In this document: piece by piece, positions 1 to 9,857 of the stretch
Position numbering within the stretch: the stretch's first letter is position 1
Layout: each line of letters opens with the position of its first letter
Notes under the pieces: generated by a model
What the model saw: the letters and a program-made list of their open reading frames with translations, nothing else
Database searches by the model: none
Told to the model about the DNA's origin: nothing
Assembly (NCBI GenBank): GCA_963734545.1
Contig: CAVTHO010000003.1
Coordinates: forward strand, 192,001 to 256,000
Reading direction: 5' to 3'
Origin: an uncultured Spirochaetota bacterium
Lineage (GTDB): Bacteria > Spirochaetota > Spirochaetia > SZUA-6 > Fen-1364
DNA length: 64,000 nucleotides
Translations under genes and position numbers: made by a program

Positions 1-912
1 TACCTGAACGGATCCCTGCAGATCCCCTGCTATTGGGCAGGTACCCGCCGCATCGACCTCGCGGGAGACGGCGTGCACGACGCCAGGGCGCGAGCCTGCG
101 CTGTCTCGGAAGGGACAGTGTATAGCGCCGGGTGGTGGAACGACGGGGCCAGGGATACCGCCTGCTATTGGGCCGGCACCAGCCGCACCGATCTCACAGG
201 AGATGAAGCCCGCGGCTCCCAGGCCACCTCCATCGCGGTCTTGGGAGACACCGTCTACACTGGCGGGCAGTGGAACGACGGGAACCGGTGGCAGCCCTGC
301 TACTGGCAGGGAACCCGGCGCGTCGACCTTGACAGCACCGGTTCGCCGAACTCCGGGGTGTGGTCGATCGCTGTCTCGGGCGGTGTTGTGTACACCGCCG
401 GATGGTGGAACGACGGAACCCGCGACATTGCCTGCTTCTGGACGGGCACCCGCCGCACCGACGTCGACGGCGGTGCCAAGGGCTCGTACGCCAATGCGAT
501 CGCGGTTTCGAATGGGTTGGTCTACGCGGCGGGCGCGTGGGACTGGGACGGGAAGGCGTCGAAAGCCTGCTACTGGGTCGGCAAGAAGCGCACCAATATC
601 GCCAGCACGGGCGGAGCGTGGGCCATCAGCGTGTCGAAAGGCGTTGTCTCTGTCGCCGGTTACACGAATGAGCAGGACAGGTGGATTCCCTGGCTCTGGG
701 CGAAGGGCGCCCGGACCGACCTGGGGGACGGCGTCCACCCCGGATTTGTATGCTCCAGTTCCTTCACGGCAGGGATCTTCTGCCCTTCCGGGTTCTGCTG
801 GGACGGAACCAGGAACGTGGCCTGCTACTGGATGGAAACCTACCGCGTGGACCTGGACGGTGGCGACGGCGGTTCGATGGCAGGTGCGCCGGCCTTTTTC
901 ACCGGCAAATAG
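1..912 (+). CDS. Cys/Trp-rich tandem-repeat (probable beta-propeller) protein, 5'-truncated by window edge
   Basis: Frame is open from base 1 (YLNGSLQIPCYWAGTRRIDL...). About 7 repeats of ~45 aa with consensus vYxAGwWndG...ACYWxGtrRtDl. Confidence 0.75.
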   Translation, partial: YLNGSLQIPCYWAGTRRIDLAGDGVHDARARACAVSEGTVYSAGWWNDGARDTACYWAGTSRTDLTGDEARGSQATSIAVLGDTVYTGGQWNDGNRWQPCYWQGTRRVDLDSTGSPNSGVWSIAVSGGVVYTAGWWNDGTRDIACFWTGTRRTDVDGGAKGSYANAIAVSNGLVYAAGAWDWDGKASKACYWVGKKRTNIASTGGAWAISVSKGVVSVAGYTNEQDRWIPWLWAKGARTDLGDGVHPGFVCSSSFTAGIFCPSGFCWDGTRNVACYWMETYRVDLDGGDGGSMAGAPAFFTGK

Positions 913-976
913 AAACAGCGCATTTAAGACCCTGAGTGCTCGGACGAGGCGACTGACGGGTTAAGGAGGTTACATC

Positions 977-2302
977 TTGAAGAAGAATGCAACAATCCTG
1001 ACAGTCCTTGTCTTATTCATTGCAGGAGTATCTCCATTCGGCTGTACGACACTCAATAACAAGACCGATCCGTCCGACATTCCGGCCGCCGATTTCGACC
1101 GAGTCCACGCGGTTACGCTCGACGACACCAACAAGTTTCTCATTCTTGGCAAGGCTGAGGTCGAATCGCCGGCAACCGGCCTTTCAAAGGATCTGCAACC
1201 GTTCCTGGGAAGATGGGAGGGGTTCAATACGAATCCGCCGGTTAAGAACGATCTGAGAGTAGCCCTGGTAATCCGGAGCCTCAACTATAACAGGGGAGAC
1301 GGCGTAATCTATTACGGCTACAACTTGCAGTATCCGACAAGCATAAAGAATATTCATTTCGAAGTTTCAAGAAACGACGGGGTATCGCTTGAGGCGCCGC
1401 TGGAGTCCGGAATAAAGGCGGGAATGGAAAGCTACATCCGGCTTCAATACCAAGCCGAAACAGACCGGCTGACAGGCGTCATTGCACTTGGAAGCGGAAA
1501 GGCAAACTACGTCGGAAGCGCAGGCGTCGATTCTCTTGAGCTGAGCAGGGACAGGTCATTCTACGTCTACAAGGATTACCGGGCATACCTTGCCGGCCTC
1601 AGGATACATGCTGAGAGTTACAAGAATACGGAATTGAACAACTACGGAAATGGCTATTTGATATATCTTCCGGAAGGGTACGAGGATAACACCAGCCAAA
1701 CGTGGCCCCTGCTGTTCTTCCTCCATGGCATGGGCGACCGCGGAAACAATGTATTCATTCTTGCCAAGGCAAGCCCCTTTAAGATGATAAGGGAGAAGGG
1801 GCCGCTTCCCTTCATCATAGTCGCACCGCTCCTGTCTGATTCTCCAGACTTCTTCTCTTTTCCCGGGAAATACCTCGAAGGGGTTCTTGATGAAATTGCG
1901 AAGATCTACAGAGTTGATGAAAAGAGGGTCTATTTGACGGGATTGTCCCTGGGAGGCGAGGCGTCGTATCGCTTTGCCATGGAGCATCCGGAAAAGATCG
2001 CCGCGGTGGCCTCCCTTGGGGGATTGCTTGCGAAATACGCACCAGGTTTCTTCAGCAAGGAAGCCGCAGAGACGGCCGGCATCCCATTGAGCAGGCTCAA
2101 AGACGTCCCGTGCTGGCAAATCCACAGCGCGAACGATGCAATCGTCCCTCTTGATGTCGCAAAAAGAACGGTGGCAGATTTCGCCCAATCCGGAGTTAAA
2201 GTCAAGTTCACCGTTCTGGAGAACCACGATCACGATATCTGGAGCGACACGTACGCGGACCCCGAATTCTACAAATGGTTTCTTCAGTACAAAAAGGGGT
2301 AA
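977..2302 (+). CDS. Putative lipoprotein with C-terminal alpha/beta-hydrolase (phospholipase/carboxylesterase/peptidase-like) domain
   Basis: AAGGAGG RBS before TTG; signal peptide ending PFG-C; PLLFFLHGMG, nucleophile elbow GLSLGG, HSAND..VP and HDH motifs. Confidence 0.8.
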   Translation: MKKNATILTVLVLFIAGVSPFGCTTLNNKTDPSDIPAADFDRVHAVTLDDTNKFLILGKAEVESPATGLSKDLQPFLGRWEGFNTNPPVKNDLRVALVIRSLNYNRGDGVIYYGYNLQYPTSIKNIHFEVSRNDGVSLEAPLESGIKAGMESYIRLQYQAETDRLTGVIALGSGKANYVGSAGVDSLELSRDRSFYVYKDYRAYLAGLRIHAESYKNTELNNYGNGYLIYLPEGYEDNTSQTWPLLFFLHGMGDRGNNVFILAKASPFKMIREKGPLPFIIVAPLLSDSPDFFSFPGKYLEGVLDEIAKIYRVDEKRVYLTGLSLGGEASYRFAMEHPEKIAAVASLGGLLAKYAPGFFSKEAAETAGIPLSRLKDVPCWQIHSANDAIVPLDVAKRTVADFAQSGVKVKFTVLENHDHDIWSDTYADPEFYKWFLQYKKG

Positions 2303-2358
2303 GAAGCTTCTATTGCAGCGCGGGTCGCGCAGATGAAATCTCTATCGACGAGGATCAT

Positions 2359-2848
2359 ATGACGAAAATCGAATTGACGAGCCCTGCTTTTGAGAACGAC
2401 GGCAGGATGCCGAGGCGGTTCGCCCGGGAAGGCGGAGATATCGCCCCGCCCGTCTCATGGGGTCCTCTGCCGGCAGGGAACGAAGAGTCTTGTCCTCATT
2501 GTCGAGGACATCGATATTCCCTCATTCTTCAAGTTGCTCTTTCCCACATGGATACACTGGGTCGTTTTCGACATCCCGGCCGATTCACGCGGCTTGCCGG
2601 AAAACATCCCCGTCGGCGCTCCCATTCCCGGCGGCGGGACGCAGGGTTGGACCTCGTTCCGGCGCCCTGGATGGGGCGGGCCTGCTCCCGTCGGTGGCGA
2701 ACACCGCTACGTGTTCAGGCTCTACGCTCTGGATTGCCTTCTTGGCATCGAGGCGAAGCGGGCGACAAAGACAGCGCTCATGTCCGTAATGGCGGGCCGA
2801 ATTATCGGACAAGGCGAGTTGGTGGGGCGATACGCGAAATCAAAATGA
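2359..2848 (+). CDS. YbhB/YbcL (PEBP/Raf kinase inhibitor-like) family protein; +1 frameshift at ~2476-2480
   Basis: MTKIELTSPAFEND...PPVSWGPLP in one frame continues as TKSLVLIVEDID...WIHWVVFDIP...WGGPAP..GEHRYVFRLYALD in the next frame; removing one base in GGGAA joins them. Confidence 0.85.
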
Positions 2849-2861
2849 CAGGAGTGCGCTA

Positions 2862-4421
2862 GTGAAGATGTCCGGTATCAAGGATCAGGATTCTTCTGCA
2901 AAGTATTCCGGCCTTTTGCTGATAGGCATCATCGCTTCAATAAAATTGATTGCGCATCTGCTGACTGGAAACCAATACGGCTATTTCATCGATGAGCTTT
3001 ACACCATAGCGTGCGGCGAGCATGTGTTGAAAGGTCTGGTGGATATTCCGCCGCTGGTGCCGATCCTCTCCTGGCTTTCCGGCCATACGATGGGATACTC
3101 CCTTTTCGCCATCCATATCCTCCCGGCGATCACCGGATCCGCAACGGTATTTGTTGCCGGATTGATCACCCGGGAGCTGGGAGGAGGCCGTTTTGCTCAA
3201 GCCCTTACCGCGCTCTGTGTTGCGCTCGGACCAGTATGGCTCGCTTTCAACGCGATGTTCGCTTACGATGGTTTCGACCAGTTGTTTTCCATTCTATTCT
3301 TTTTGTTGATCATCCGTCTTCTCAAGACCGGAAATGCCAGACTCTGGATCGCGATAGGGATCATGGCCGGTATTGCGCTGATGACAAAATACACGATGCT
3401 GTTCATCGGCATTTCTCTGCTCATTTCGCTCGTCCTTACCCGGGAAAGAAAATACTTCCTGAGTCCATGGCTTTACCTGGGCGGGATCGTTTGCGGGCTT
3501 ATCGTCCTGCCCTGGATAATCTGGGAATTCAGCGCCAGGTGGCCTCTCCTGGAATACTGGTCCAATTATGCGAAATTCCGGACCTTTCATGCCTCTCCAG
3601 TCGAGTTTATCGTGATGCTGATTGTCAGCTACAATCCACTTGTCTTCCCGCTCTGGCTGGCAGGATTCTACTATTTCTTCTTTCATAAAGAAGGCCGGAC
3701 CTACCGCTTGCTGGGCTGGATTGGTGTTTTGTGCGTCGCGGTCTTGATCGTCACAAAAGCCAAGTTCTATATGGCTTCAGCCCTTATGCCCATGATGATC
3801 GCCGGAGGCGCGATTCTCATCGAAAGAAACCTGAGCAAAGGGTTTCTGAAATTCGCGCGGACAGGCTACGTGTTCCTGATTGTGTTATTGGGAATTTTCA
3901 TGATTCCCAACGGCCTGCCGGTATTTCCTCCGGATGGAATGGCCCGGTATTTTTCAAGAATTGCTTTCCTCAGCAGCACGGTGAAGACGGACAATTCCAA
4001 ACTGGACTCGCTGCCGCAGATATTTGCCGACCGCTTCGGCTGGCCCGAAAGGGTGAAAGCGGTGGCCGAAGTCTACAACAGCCTGACTCCCGAAGAGCAA
4101 TCAAGATGCATGATTTACACCGGGGACTATGGGAGCGCCGGCGCAATAGATCTTCTCGGCGGGCAATATGGACTTCCGAAAGCCGTTTCATCCCACTTAA
4201 GCTATTTCCTCTGGGGATACGGGAAGAATTCCGGAGAAATTGCAATTACCATTCAGGTACCGGGATCGAGCTTGCGCGGTATGTTCAAGGAAGTGAACCT
4301 GGCAAGGCAGTTGCACATGGACTATGTCATGCCCTGGGAAAATAATACGCCTATTTATCTGTGCCGGGGATTACGGTCTCCCATCGACCAGATCTGGATC
4401 AGAACGAAGCATTACGACTAG
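2862..4421 (+). CDS. Glycosyltransferase family 39/83 (PMT/ArnT-like) integral membrane protein
   Basis: YGYFIDELY, VDIPPL, multiple TM helices, ALMTKY, C-terminal DYGSAGAID..HLSYFLWG domain. Confidence 0.85.
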   Translation: MKMSGIKDQDSSAKYSGLLLIGIIASIKLIAHLLTGNQYGYFIDELYTIACGEHVLKGLVDIPPLVPILSWLSGHTMGYSLFAIHILPAITGSATVFVAGLITRELGGGRFAQALTALCVALGPVWLAFNAMFAYDGFDQLFSILFFLLIIRLLKTGNARLWIAIGIMAGIALMTKYTMLFIGISLLISLVLTRERKYFLSPWLYLGGIVCGLIVLPWIIWEFSARWPLLEYWSNYAKFRTFHASPVEFIVMLIVSYNPLVFPLWLAGFYYFFFHKEGRTYRLLGWIGVLCVAVLIVTKAKFYMASALMPMMIAGGAILIERNLSKGFLKFARTGYVFLIVLLGIFMIPNGLPVFPPDGMARYFSRIAFLSSTVKTDNSKLDSLPQIFADRFGWPERVKAVAEVYNSLTPEEQSRCMIYTGDYGSAGAIDLLGGQYGLPKAVSSHLSYFLWGYGKNSGEIAITIQVPGSSLRGMFKEVNLARQLHMDYVMPWENNTPIYLCRGLRSPIDQIWIRTKHYD

Positions 4422-4432
4422 CGATGCGTTTC

Positions 4433-5483
4433 CTATTTGCCTGGCCCGGCAAGCTCCTGCCAGACGCTGCCTTCCTTCTTGTGCAGCTCCTCCAGGCCTT
4501 TCACAACCGCCGGCACAAGCGCGCCCGGATTCGGCGCATCGAAGGCCCCCTGCGAGCGGCTTTGCCAGGGCGCGCCAGCCCTGCGCACAGGCATCCATGG
4601 CCCGGGCCGCCGCGGCATAGCCTGTGATGCCGGTCACTCCTGCCGCCTCCTCCAGGAACCGGGAATACATGAACCGGAACATTCCGCCGCCGGATCCGCC
4701 TATCTCGGAAAAGATGTAGAGGTTGAAGAGCGCCATTCGAAGCTGCTTCTTGTCCAGCACTGACGGCCACTGCTTCACGCGCGCGGCCGCTGTACGGATC
4801 CCTGCCACGCCGAGATTCTGAATCGGAGCGTCAAGCATGTCGTGCGCGCACTGGGAAATCGAGTCGCGTACGTCCTGTTTCGCGGGAGGGTGGGCCGCGC
4901 TGAAGTCGAAGGTGAACCAGCAGTTTGCCGGCGGGAAGGGTTTGAACTTGGAGCCGCGCGCCTTCGCAAGCTGGTCCATGCCCAGCGGTGCAAGGATGCC
5001 GTCCTTGTATCCGGTTTGGCGTGGAGCCATGTCAGAGATCAGCACCTGGCGCGCTGCCGCATCGTATCCGCAGACAACTACGACATGGCCCCCGAAATGC
5101 GCCTCTTCGGGCAGGCCGAGATAGGTCAGGAACGGCATATCAGCCTGGATCGCCACGGGCTGCCCGGCCTCCAGAAGTGAGACGAGCTCTTTTTCGGCGG
5201 TCTTTGCGCTTGACGTGCGGTGGTCCGTGATCAGGATTCCCGTGCGCCGCGACAGATCCTGGTGGAAGCTCTTGTTGTTGCCGCGGCCGCCCAGCATCGG
5301 GACCTGGCCCTTCATGTGCCAGTAGATGAATCCGACTCCGGCCCCCAGCCCGAGCAGCATCTCCTCGCTGACCGCGTACCCGTTGAATGCGCATATCTTG
5401 CGGAATGACGACGTGACGCAGTGGCACCCGGGGAGTGATGTGAATCCGGCTAAGGGCGTGACCTGGCTCAGTGTGGTTTTCAT
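4433..5483 (-). CDS. BtrH N-terminal/DUF4872-type papain-fold protein; probable +1 frameshift at ~4546-4553
   Basis: HCVTSS, SEEMLLGLGAG, DMPFL, HFGGHVVVVCGYD and GSGGGMFRFMYSRFLEEA motifs. Corrected C-terminus (...LEELHKKEGSVWQELAGPGK*) removes the overlap with the GT gene. Confidence 0.8.
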
Positions 5484-6037
5484 TCTTCCTTCCTTTCATT
5501 CAGGTATTTTTCAACCCAGGAGATCTCCGCGTCGATCAACGCGAGGCTTCGCTCAAAAAGGGCTTCTGCATGAGCGGGGAGGTGTGCGTCCGCCTGGCGA
5601 TCGCTTGCCCACTTGGCCTGCACCTGCCTGCGGCGGGCGTGCAGGCCATCCCGGTATGCGGAAATGGCTGCACGGGCCTCTATGGGCGGCAGGATCGGCA
5701 GATTTCCAAGCCCCAGGTCAAAGTCAGCGCTGCGCGATCGAGGCCGGGCCAGTCTCTGTTGCACCGCTTCCCGCAGCGCATCCCGGCCCGTCTCCGTCAT
5801 GCTGAAGACTTTGCGCGCCGGGCCGCCGCGGCCCGGTCCTTCCTGGGCAGTCGTCACCGTGCCTGCGATCCAGCCGGCCCCCTCGATCTTGTTGAGAATA
5901 TGATAGATGGAAGAGAATCCTATCTCTGTCCAGTTACGCATGCCGCGAGACTCGATGTCCTGCTCGATCTGGTACCCGTGCTTGGGCTGTTCGGCCACCA
6001 GTCCCAGGATGGCCAGCTCGTTGTTTGTCATCGCCAC
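5480..6037 (-). CDS. PadR family transcriptional regulator
   Basis: LAILGLVAEQPKHGYQI...SIYHILNKIE..G...ARKVFSMTETG; its TGA overlaps the ATG of the next gene. Confidence 0.92.
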   Translation of the reverse strand: MAMTNNELAILGLVAEQPKHGYQIEQDIESRGMRNWTEIGFSSIYHILNKIEGAGWIAGTVTTAQEGPGRGGPARKVFSMTETGRDALREAVQQRLARPRSRSADFDLGLGNLPILPPIEARAAISAYRDGLHARRRQVQAKWASDRQADAHLPAHAEALFERSLALIDAEISWVEKYLNERKEE

Positions 6038-6083
6038 TATTCTCTTATGAGAGTACTATAGCATGAGAATAGTGAGGTGTCAA
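6035..6083 (-). promoter_or_regulatory. Sigma70-type promoter with overlapping inverted repeat (likely PadR operator)
   Basis: Minus strand TTGACA (6083-6078), N17, TATAGT (6060-6055) with TG extension. Perfect 10-bp IR CACTATTCTC (6035-6044) / GAGAATAGTG (6065-6074). Confidence 0.75.
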
Positions 6084-6098
6084 GAACATTCCTGATGT

Positions 6099-6431
6099 TT
6101 ATTCAGATGACCAGAAAGGCCTGATTTCGAGCCTGCCGAAACGGGCCATCGGATGTTTTGCGGCGACCTCAATCGCTTCCTCAAGGCTTGTGCATTCAAG
6201 AACGTCGAAGCCCGCGATCCATTCCTTTGTTTCAGCAAAGGGGCCATCCGAGGTTATCACTTTGCCGTTTCGCTTGCGAACGGTCACAGCCTGGTCCAAT
6301 CCGCCTAGTCTGTTGCCAAGAACACGGACCCCCTTGCCGTCCATTTCTGAAACCCAGGACTGGATATTGTCCTGGGCGGGATCGTATTTCTCCGCCGAAG
6401 GGTCCGTGCATACGAACATCAGATATCGCAT
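6099..6431 (-). CDS. YciI-like DGPF-domain protein
   Basis: MRYLMFV...ITSDGPFAETKEWIAGF...LEEAIEVAAKHP...LEIRP. Confidence 0.92.
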   Translation of the reverse strand: MRYLMFVCTDPSAEKYDPAQDNIQSWVSEMDGKGVRVLGNRLGGLDQAVTVRKRNGKVITSDGPFAETKEWIAGFDVLECTSLEEAIEVAAKHPMARFGRLEIRPFWSSE

Positions 6432-6462
6432 GCCTCGCTCCTTATGCTTGCCCCGCACCTGT

Positions 6463-6639
6463 TCATGCCGCGGCTTCCGGGTCATCTTCGCTCAGAACCG
6501 TCTCCGCGCGAAGGAGAGCAAAGCGCAGCGGCCGCAACTCTTCCCGTTGGACTTTCCGGCTATCTTTCTGAACATGGATCGGTGGGATCAGCGACCTTGC
6601 AATATCGATAAGCAGCCCGTCTTGTTTTTGTGACTTCAT
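6463..6639 (-). CDS. Small hypothetical protein (58 aa)
   Basis: AAGGAG RBS 6 nt before ATG (MKSQKQDGLLIDIARSL...); lies between a putative ECF promoter and the DGPF gene. Confidence 0.4.
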   Translation of the reverse strand: MKSQKQDGLLIDIARSLIPPIHVQKDSRKVQREELRPLRFALLRAETVLSEDDPEAAA

Positions 6640-6705
6640 TCGGAACTCCTTTCGGCCAGTATGCCGTCGCCCCTCGGTGGTCGTCGGCCTCGTGCTCACA
6701 CCATA

Positions 6706-6732
6706 GTCGATCACGAAGGGCGAAATTCGACA
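6706..6732 (-). promoter_or_regulatory. Putative ECF42-type sigma promoter
   Basis: TGTCGA-N17-CGAC upstream of a DGPF gene, resembling the TGTCGA/CGWC consensus known for ECF42 factors that target DGPF proteins. Confidence 0.5.
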
Positions 6733-6780
6733 CACGGCAGAAGGCGCCCTCTATCCGCGGGCGCCCGGAATCTCCGAGTC

Positions 6781-7390
6781 TTACACGTGCAGCCGTCCAG
6801 ACGGATGCGGCAGCCGTGCAGCGGCGGCCTTCACCAGCTCGGCGTTGGCAATCAGCAGCGCGGTGCTGTCCCATGTCCCCTGGATCAGGGAGTTGCGCCG
6901 GGAGCCGGGCATTGCTCACCTTCACAGTCAAGTTGCCTGCCCGCACCACCATGGCCTCGAGGTCCACGACCAGCTCGGTCGCCGGGTTCTTCGCAACCAG
7001 CTTCTGGAGCGCGGCCACGTCGGCCTTCGACGCCGTCACGGCAGGGGTGCCGAGCATGGCGCAGTTGCCGGCGAAGATCTCGCCGAAGCTCTCCGCGACG
7101 ATCGCCCGGATTCCCCATCGCACAAGGGCTTGAGGGGCGTGCTCGCGCGAGCTGCCGCAGCCGAAGTTGACGTTTGCAACGAGGATCGATGCGCCCTGGT
7201 ATTCCGGCTTGTTGAAGGGGTGGTCCTTCATGCTCCCCTCGGCGGTGAAGCGTTCGTCGTAGAAGGGGTACTGGCCCATTTTGCTGAAGGTGATTTCCTT
7301 GAGATACCGGGCCGGGATGATGCGGTCAGTGTCGATGTCGTCGCCGACAACCGGCACGGCGCGGCCTTTTATCTGTATGACCTTAGACAT
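6781..7390 (-). CDS. leuD: 3-isopropylmalate dehydratase small subunit; +1 frameshift at ~6912
   Basis: [14 protein letters not shown] and [15 protein letters not shown] motifs. Deleting one T at 6912/6913 restores ...[22 protein letters not shown]...HV*. Confidence 0.92.
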
Positions 7391-8810
7391 GGGATGCTCC
7401 TGTGGGAGAGAATTCGCGTACATCGGTGACGTGGCCGGCAATGGCCGCGGCGGCTACCATTGCGGGGGACATGAGAAGGGTTCTTCCCGTCGGGCTGCCC
7501 TGTCGGCCGATGAAGTTGCGGTTGCTGGAGCTGGCGGAGATCTGATCGCCCTTGAGCTGGTCGGGATTCATGGCCAGGCACATGGAGCACCCCGCCTCCC
7601 GCCACTCGAAGCCCGCCTCGGTGAAGACCTTGTCCAGGCCCTCTGCCATGGCTTCCCGGCGCACGCGCATGGAGCCGGGGACCACGAATGCCTGCACCCC
7701 GGGGGCCACCCGGCGTCCTTTCGCGATTGCGGCGGCGGCGCGCAGATCGGAGATGCGCCCGTTCGTGCAGCTTCCCACGAATGCGACGTCGATCCTGATG
7801 TCACGCGCCCTCTGGCCGGGCGTGAGCTTCATGTGGCGATACGCGAGCAGGGCGGACTGTTTTTCCCCCTCGTCGGTGATGGCCTGCGGGTCGGGGAGGC
7901 TCTGCAGTATCCCCACGCTCTGTCCGGGGGTGACGCCCCAGGTCACCATGGGCTCGATGTCCCCTGCGTCGAACTTCACGACGTCGTCGTACGCGGCGTC
8001 CTTTTCCGAGGCGGCGGTCTTCCACCGGGTGACCGCTTTCTCCCATTCGGCGCCCGTCGGCGCGTGCTCGCGTCCCTTGAGGAAGGCGAAGGTCGTCTCA
8101 TCCGGATTGACGTAGCCGGCCCGTGCCCCGCCTTCGATGGACATGTTGCAGACCGTCATGCGGCCTTCCATGCTCATCTCGTCGAACACCTGTCCGGCGT
8201 ATTCGTACGCGTACCCGATTCCACCCTTCACGCCGAGGCGGTTGATGATGAAGAGCGCGACGTCCTTCGGGGTGACGCCCGGCTTCAGCCTGCCGCTGAT
8301 CTCGATGCGGCGCACCTTCATCGGGTCCATTGCCAGGCACTGCGTGGCAAGGACGTCGCGGACCTGCGAGGTGCCGATGCCGAACGCGAGGGTCCCGAAA
8401 GCGCCGTGCGTCGACGTGTGGGAATCGCCGCATGCGATGGTCATTCCCGGCTGGGTGAGGCCGAGCTCGGGCCCGATGATGTGCACGATGCCCTGGCGGC
8501 CGCTGGCGAAGTCGAAGAAGCTCACGCCGAAATCCTTCGTGTTGCGCTCGATGGCCTTCATCATCATCTCCGCCTCGCCGTCGGCGAACGGACGCTTCTG
8601 GCTCTTTGTCGGAACGATGTGATCCATCGTGGCGAAGGTCCGGTCGGGGTAGGCAACCGGCAGGCCGCGCTCGCGGAGCATGTCGAATGCCTGGGGGCTG
8701 GTGACCTCGTGCACGAGGTGAAGACCGATGAAGAGCTGGGTCTGACCGGTGGGCAGCACGGTAACCGCGTGCGAGTCCCAGACCTTGTTGTAGAGCGTTC
8801 CTACCGCCAT
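7383..8810 (-). CDS. leuC: 3-isopropylmalate dehydratase large subunit
   Basis: [42 protein letters not shown] and [10 protein letters not shown] motifs. Confidence 0.97.
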   Translation of the reverse strand: MAVGTLYNKVWDSHAVTVLPTGQTQLFIGLHLVHEVTSPQAFDMLRERGLPVAYPDRTFATMDHIVPTKSQKRPFADGEAEMMMKAIERNTKDFGVSFFDFASGRQGIVHIIGPELGLTQPGMTIACGDSHTSTHGAFGTLAFGIGTSQVRDVLATQCLAMDPMKVRRIEISGRLKPGVTPKDVALFIINRLGVKGGIGYAYEYAGQVFDEMSMEGRMTVCNMSIEGGARAGYVNPDETTFAFLKGREHAPTGAEWEKAVTRWKTAASEKDAAYDDVVKFDAGDIEPMVTWGVTPGQSVGILQSLPDPQAITDEGEKQSALLAYRHMKLTPGQRARDIRIDVAFVGSCTNGRISDLRAAAAIAKGRRVAPGVQAFVVPGSMRVRREAMAEGLDKVFTEAGFEWREAGCSMCLAMNPDQLKGDQISASSSNRNFIGRQGSPTGRTLLMSPAMVAAAAIAGHVTDVREFSPTGASHV

Positions 8811-8872
8811 GAGAGGCCTCCTTCTGTATCCTCGGGCCGAGCATACCACCCGGATGACTATTTGTAAAAGAT

Positions 8873-8893
8873 ATGTTATCTATAGATAGCATA
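8873..8893. promoter_or_regulatory. AT-rich palindrome in the divergent leuC/LysR intergenic region (candidate LysR box)
   Basis: ATGTTATCTATAGATAGCAT with a perfect 12-bp core TATCTATAGATA (8877-8888); contains a T-N11-A motif. Confidence 0.5.
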
Positions 8894-8903
8894 GGAAAAA
8901 ACT

Positions 8904-9800
8904 ATGGAAATCCACCAGCTCCGATACTTCATTGCTGTTGCCCAGCATGGATCGTTTACCGCTGCCGCCGAAGCCTGCAATGTCTCTCAGCCGTCTCTTT
9001 CCGCGCAGATAGCGAAACTCGAGGCTGAGCTGGGGGGCGCGCTGTTCGAGCGTTCCCGCCGGGGCGCGCGCATGACCCCCCGCGGGCTCGTCTTTCGTCC
9101 CCGGGCCCTGGAGGCGCTGTCGCAATTGGAGACCGGACGAAGCGAGCTGGAGGAATTGTCTGGTCTCAAGCGCGGCGACGTGACGCTCGGCTGTCTTCCC
9201 ACCACAGGGGCCTATCTCCTGCCGCTGATCCTCAGGACCTTTCGCGAGTCCCACCCGCTCATCCAGGTGAAATTGCGCGAGGAATCCTCGCCGATACTCG
9301 GCAGGGCGCTTCGGGAAATCGAGGTGGATCTGGCGATCATGGATGAGGCGGGTCTGGGCCCCGGCCTGCGCGCGGAAACCCTGTTCCGCGAGCCGCTGCT
9401 CGTTGCCGTTCCTCCGGGACATCCCTTCGCGGCCCGGAAAAAGATCGAGCTCGGGAAGCTGTCCGGAGAGCCGCTTGTCATCATGAAGAGCGGGCACGGC
9501 TTCCGCACGATCGTCCTCGACGCGCTTGCCCGGGCCGGTGTCCAGCCCCGCGTGGTCTACGAGAGCGCCGGCATCGACACCGTCCAGACCCTTGTCGAAG
9601 CAGGCCTCGGTCTCAGCCTGGTTCCGAAGATGGTGCGCCGGGCGGATGGCCCCGCCTATGTCGAGATCGCGCCCCCGACTCCCTCGCGGACGATCCTGCT
9701 GGCCCGGAGAGATTCCCGGGCGCTGAGTCACGCCGCTGCCGCGATGAGAGAGGTCGTCCTGCGCTGTTTCGGGCATGGCATGCCGGGGGCATCCGGATAA
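8904..9800 (+). CDS. LysR family transcriptional regulator
   Basis: MEIHQLRYFIAVAQHGSFTAAAEACNVSQPSLSAQIAKLEAELG HTH plus substrate-binding domain. Confidence 0.97.
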   Translation: MEIHQLRYFIAVAQHGSFTAAAEACNVSQPSLSAQIAKLEAELGGALFERSRRGARMTPRGLVFRPRALEALSQLETGRSELEELSGLKRGDVTLGCLPTTGAYLLPLILRTFRESHPLIQVKLREESSPILGRALREIEVDLAIMDEAGLGPGLRAETLFREPLLVAVPPGHPFAARKKIELGKLSGEPLVIMKSGHGFRTIVLDALARAGVQPRVVYESAGIDTVQTLVEAGLGLSLVPKMVRRADGPAYVEIAPPTPSRTILLARRDSRALSHAAAAMREVVLRCFGHGMPGASG

Positions 9801-9857
9801 AGCGCGCGCGGGACGCCCCCTTTCGGCGTACGGCCAGGACGGCCTATATTTCATCCC

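Noticed and set aside
7281-8867. Long antisense or alternate-frame ORFs (e.g. 7281-8867+, 23487-25160-, 40068-42401+, 47523-49466-)
   Set aside because: Shadow ORFs from high-GC codon bias over well-supported genes; no motifs or RBS.
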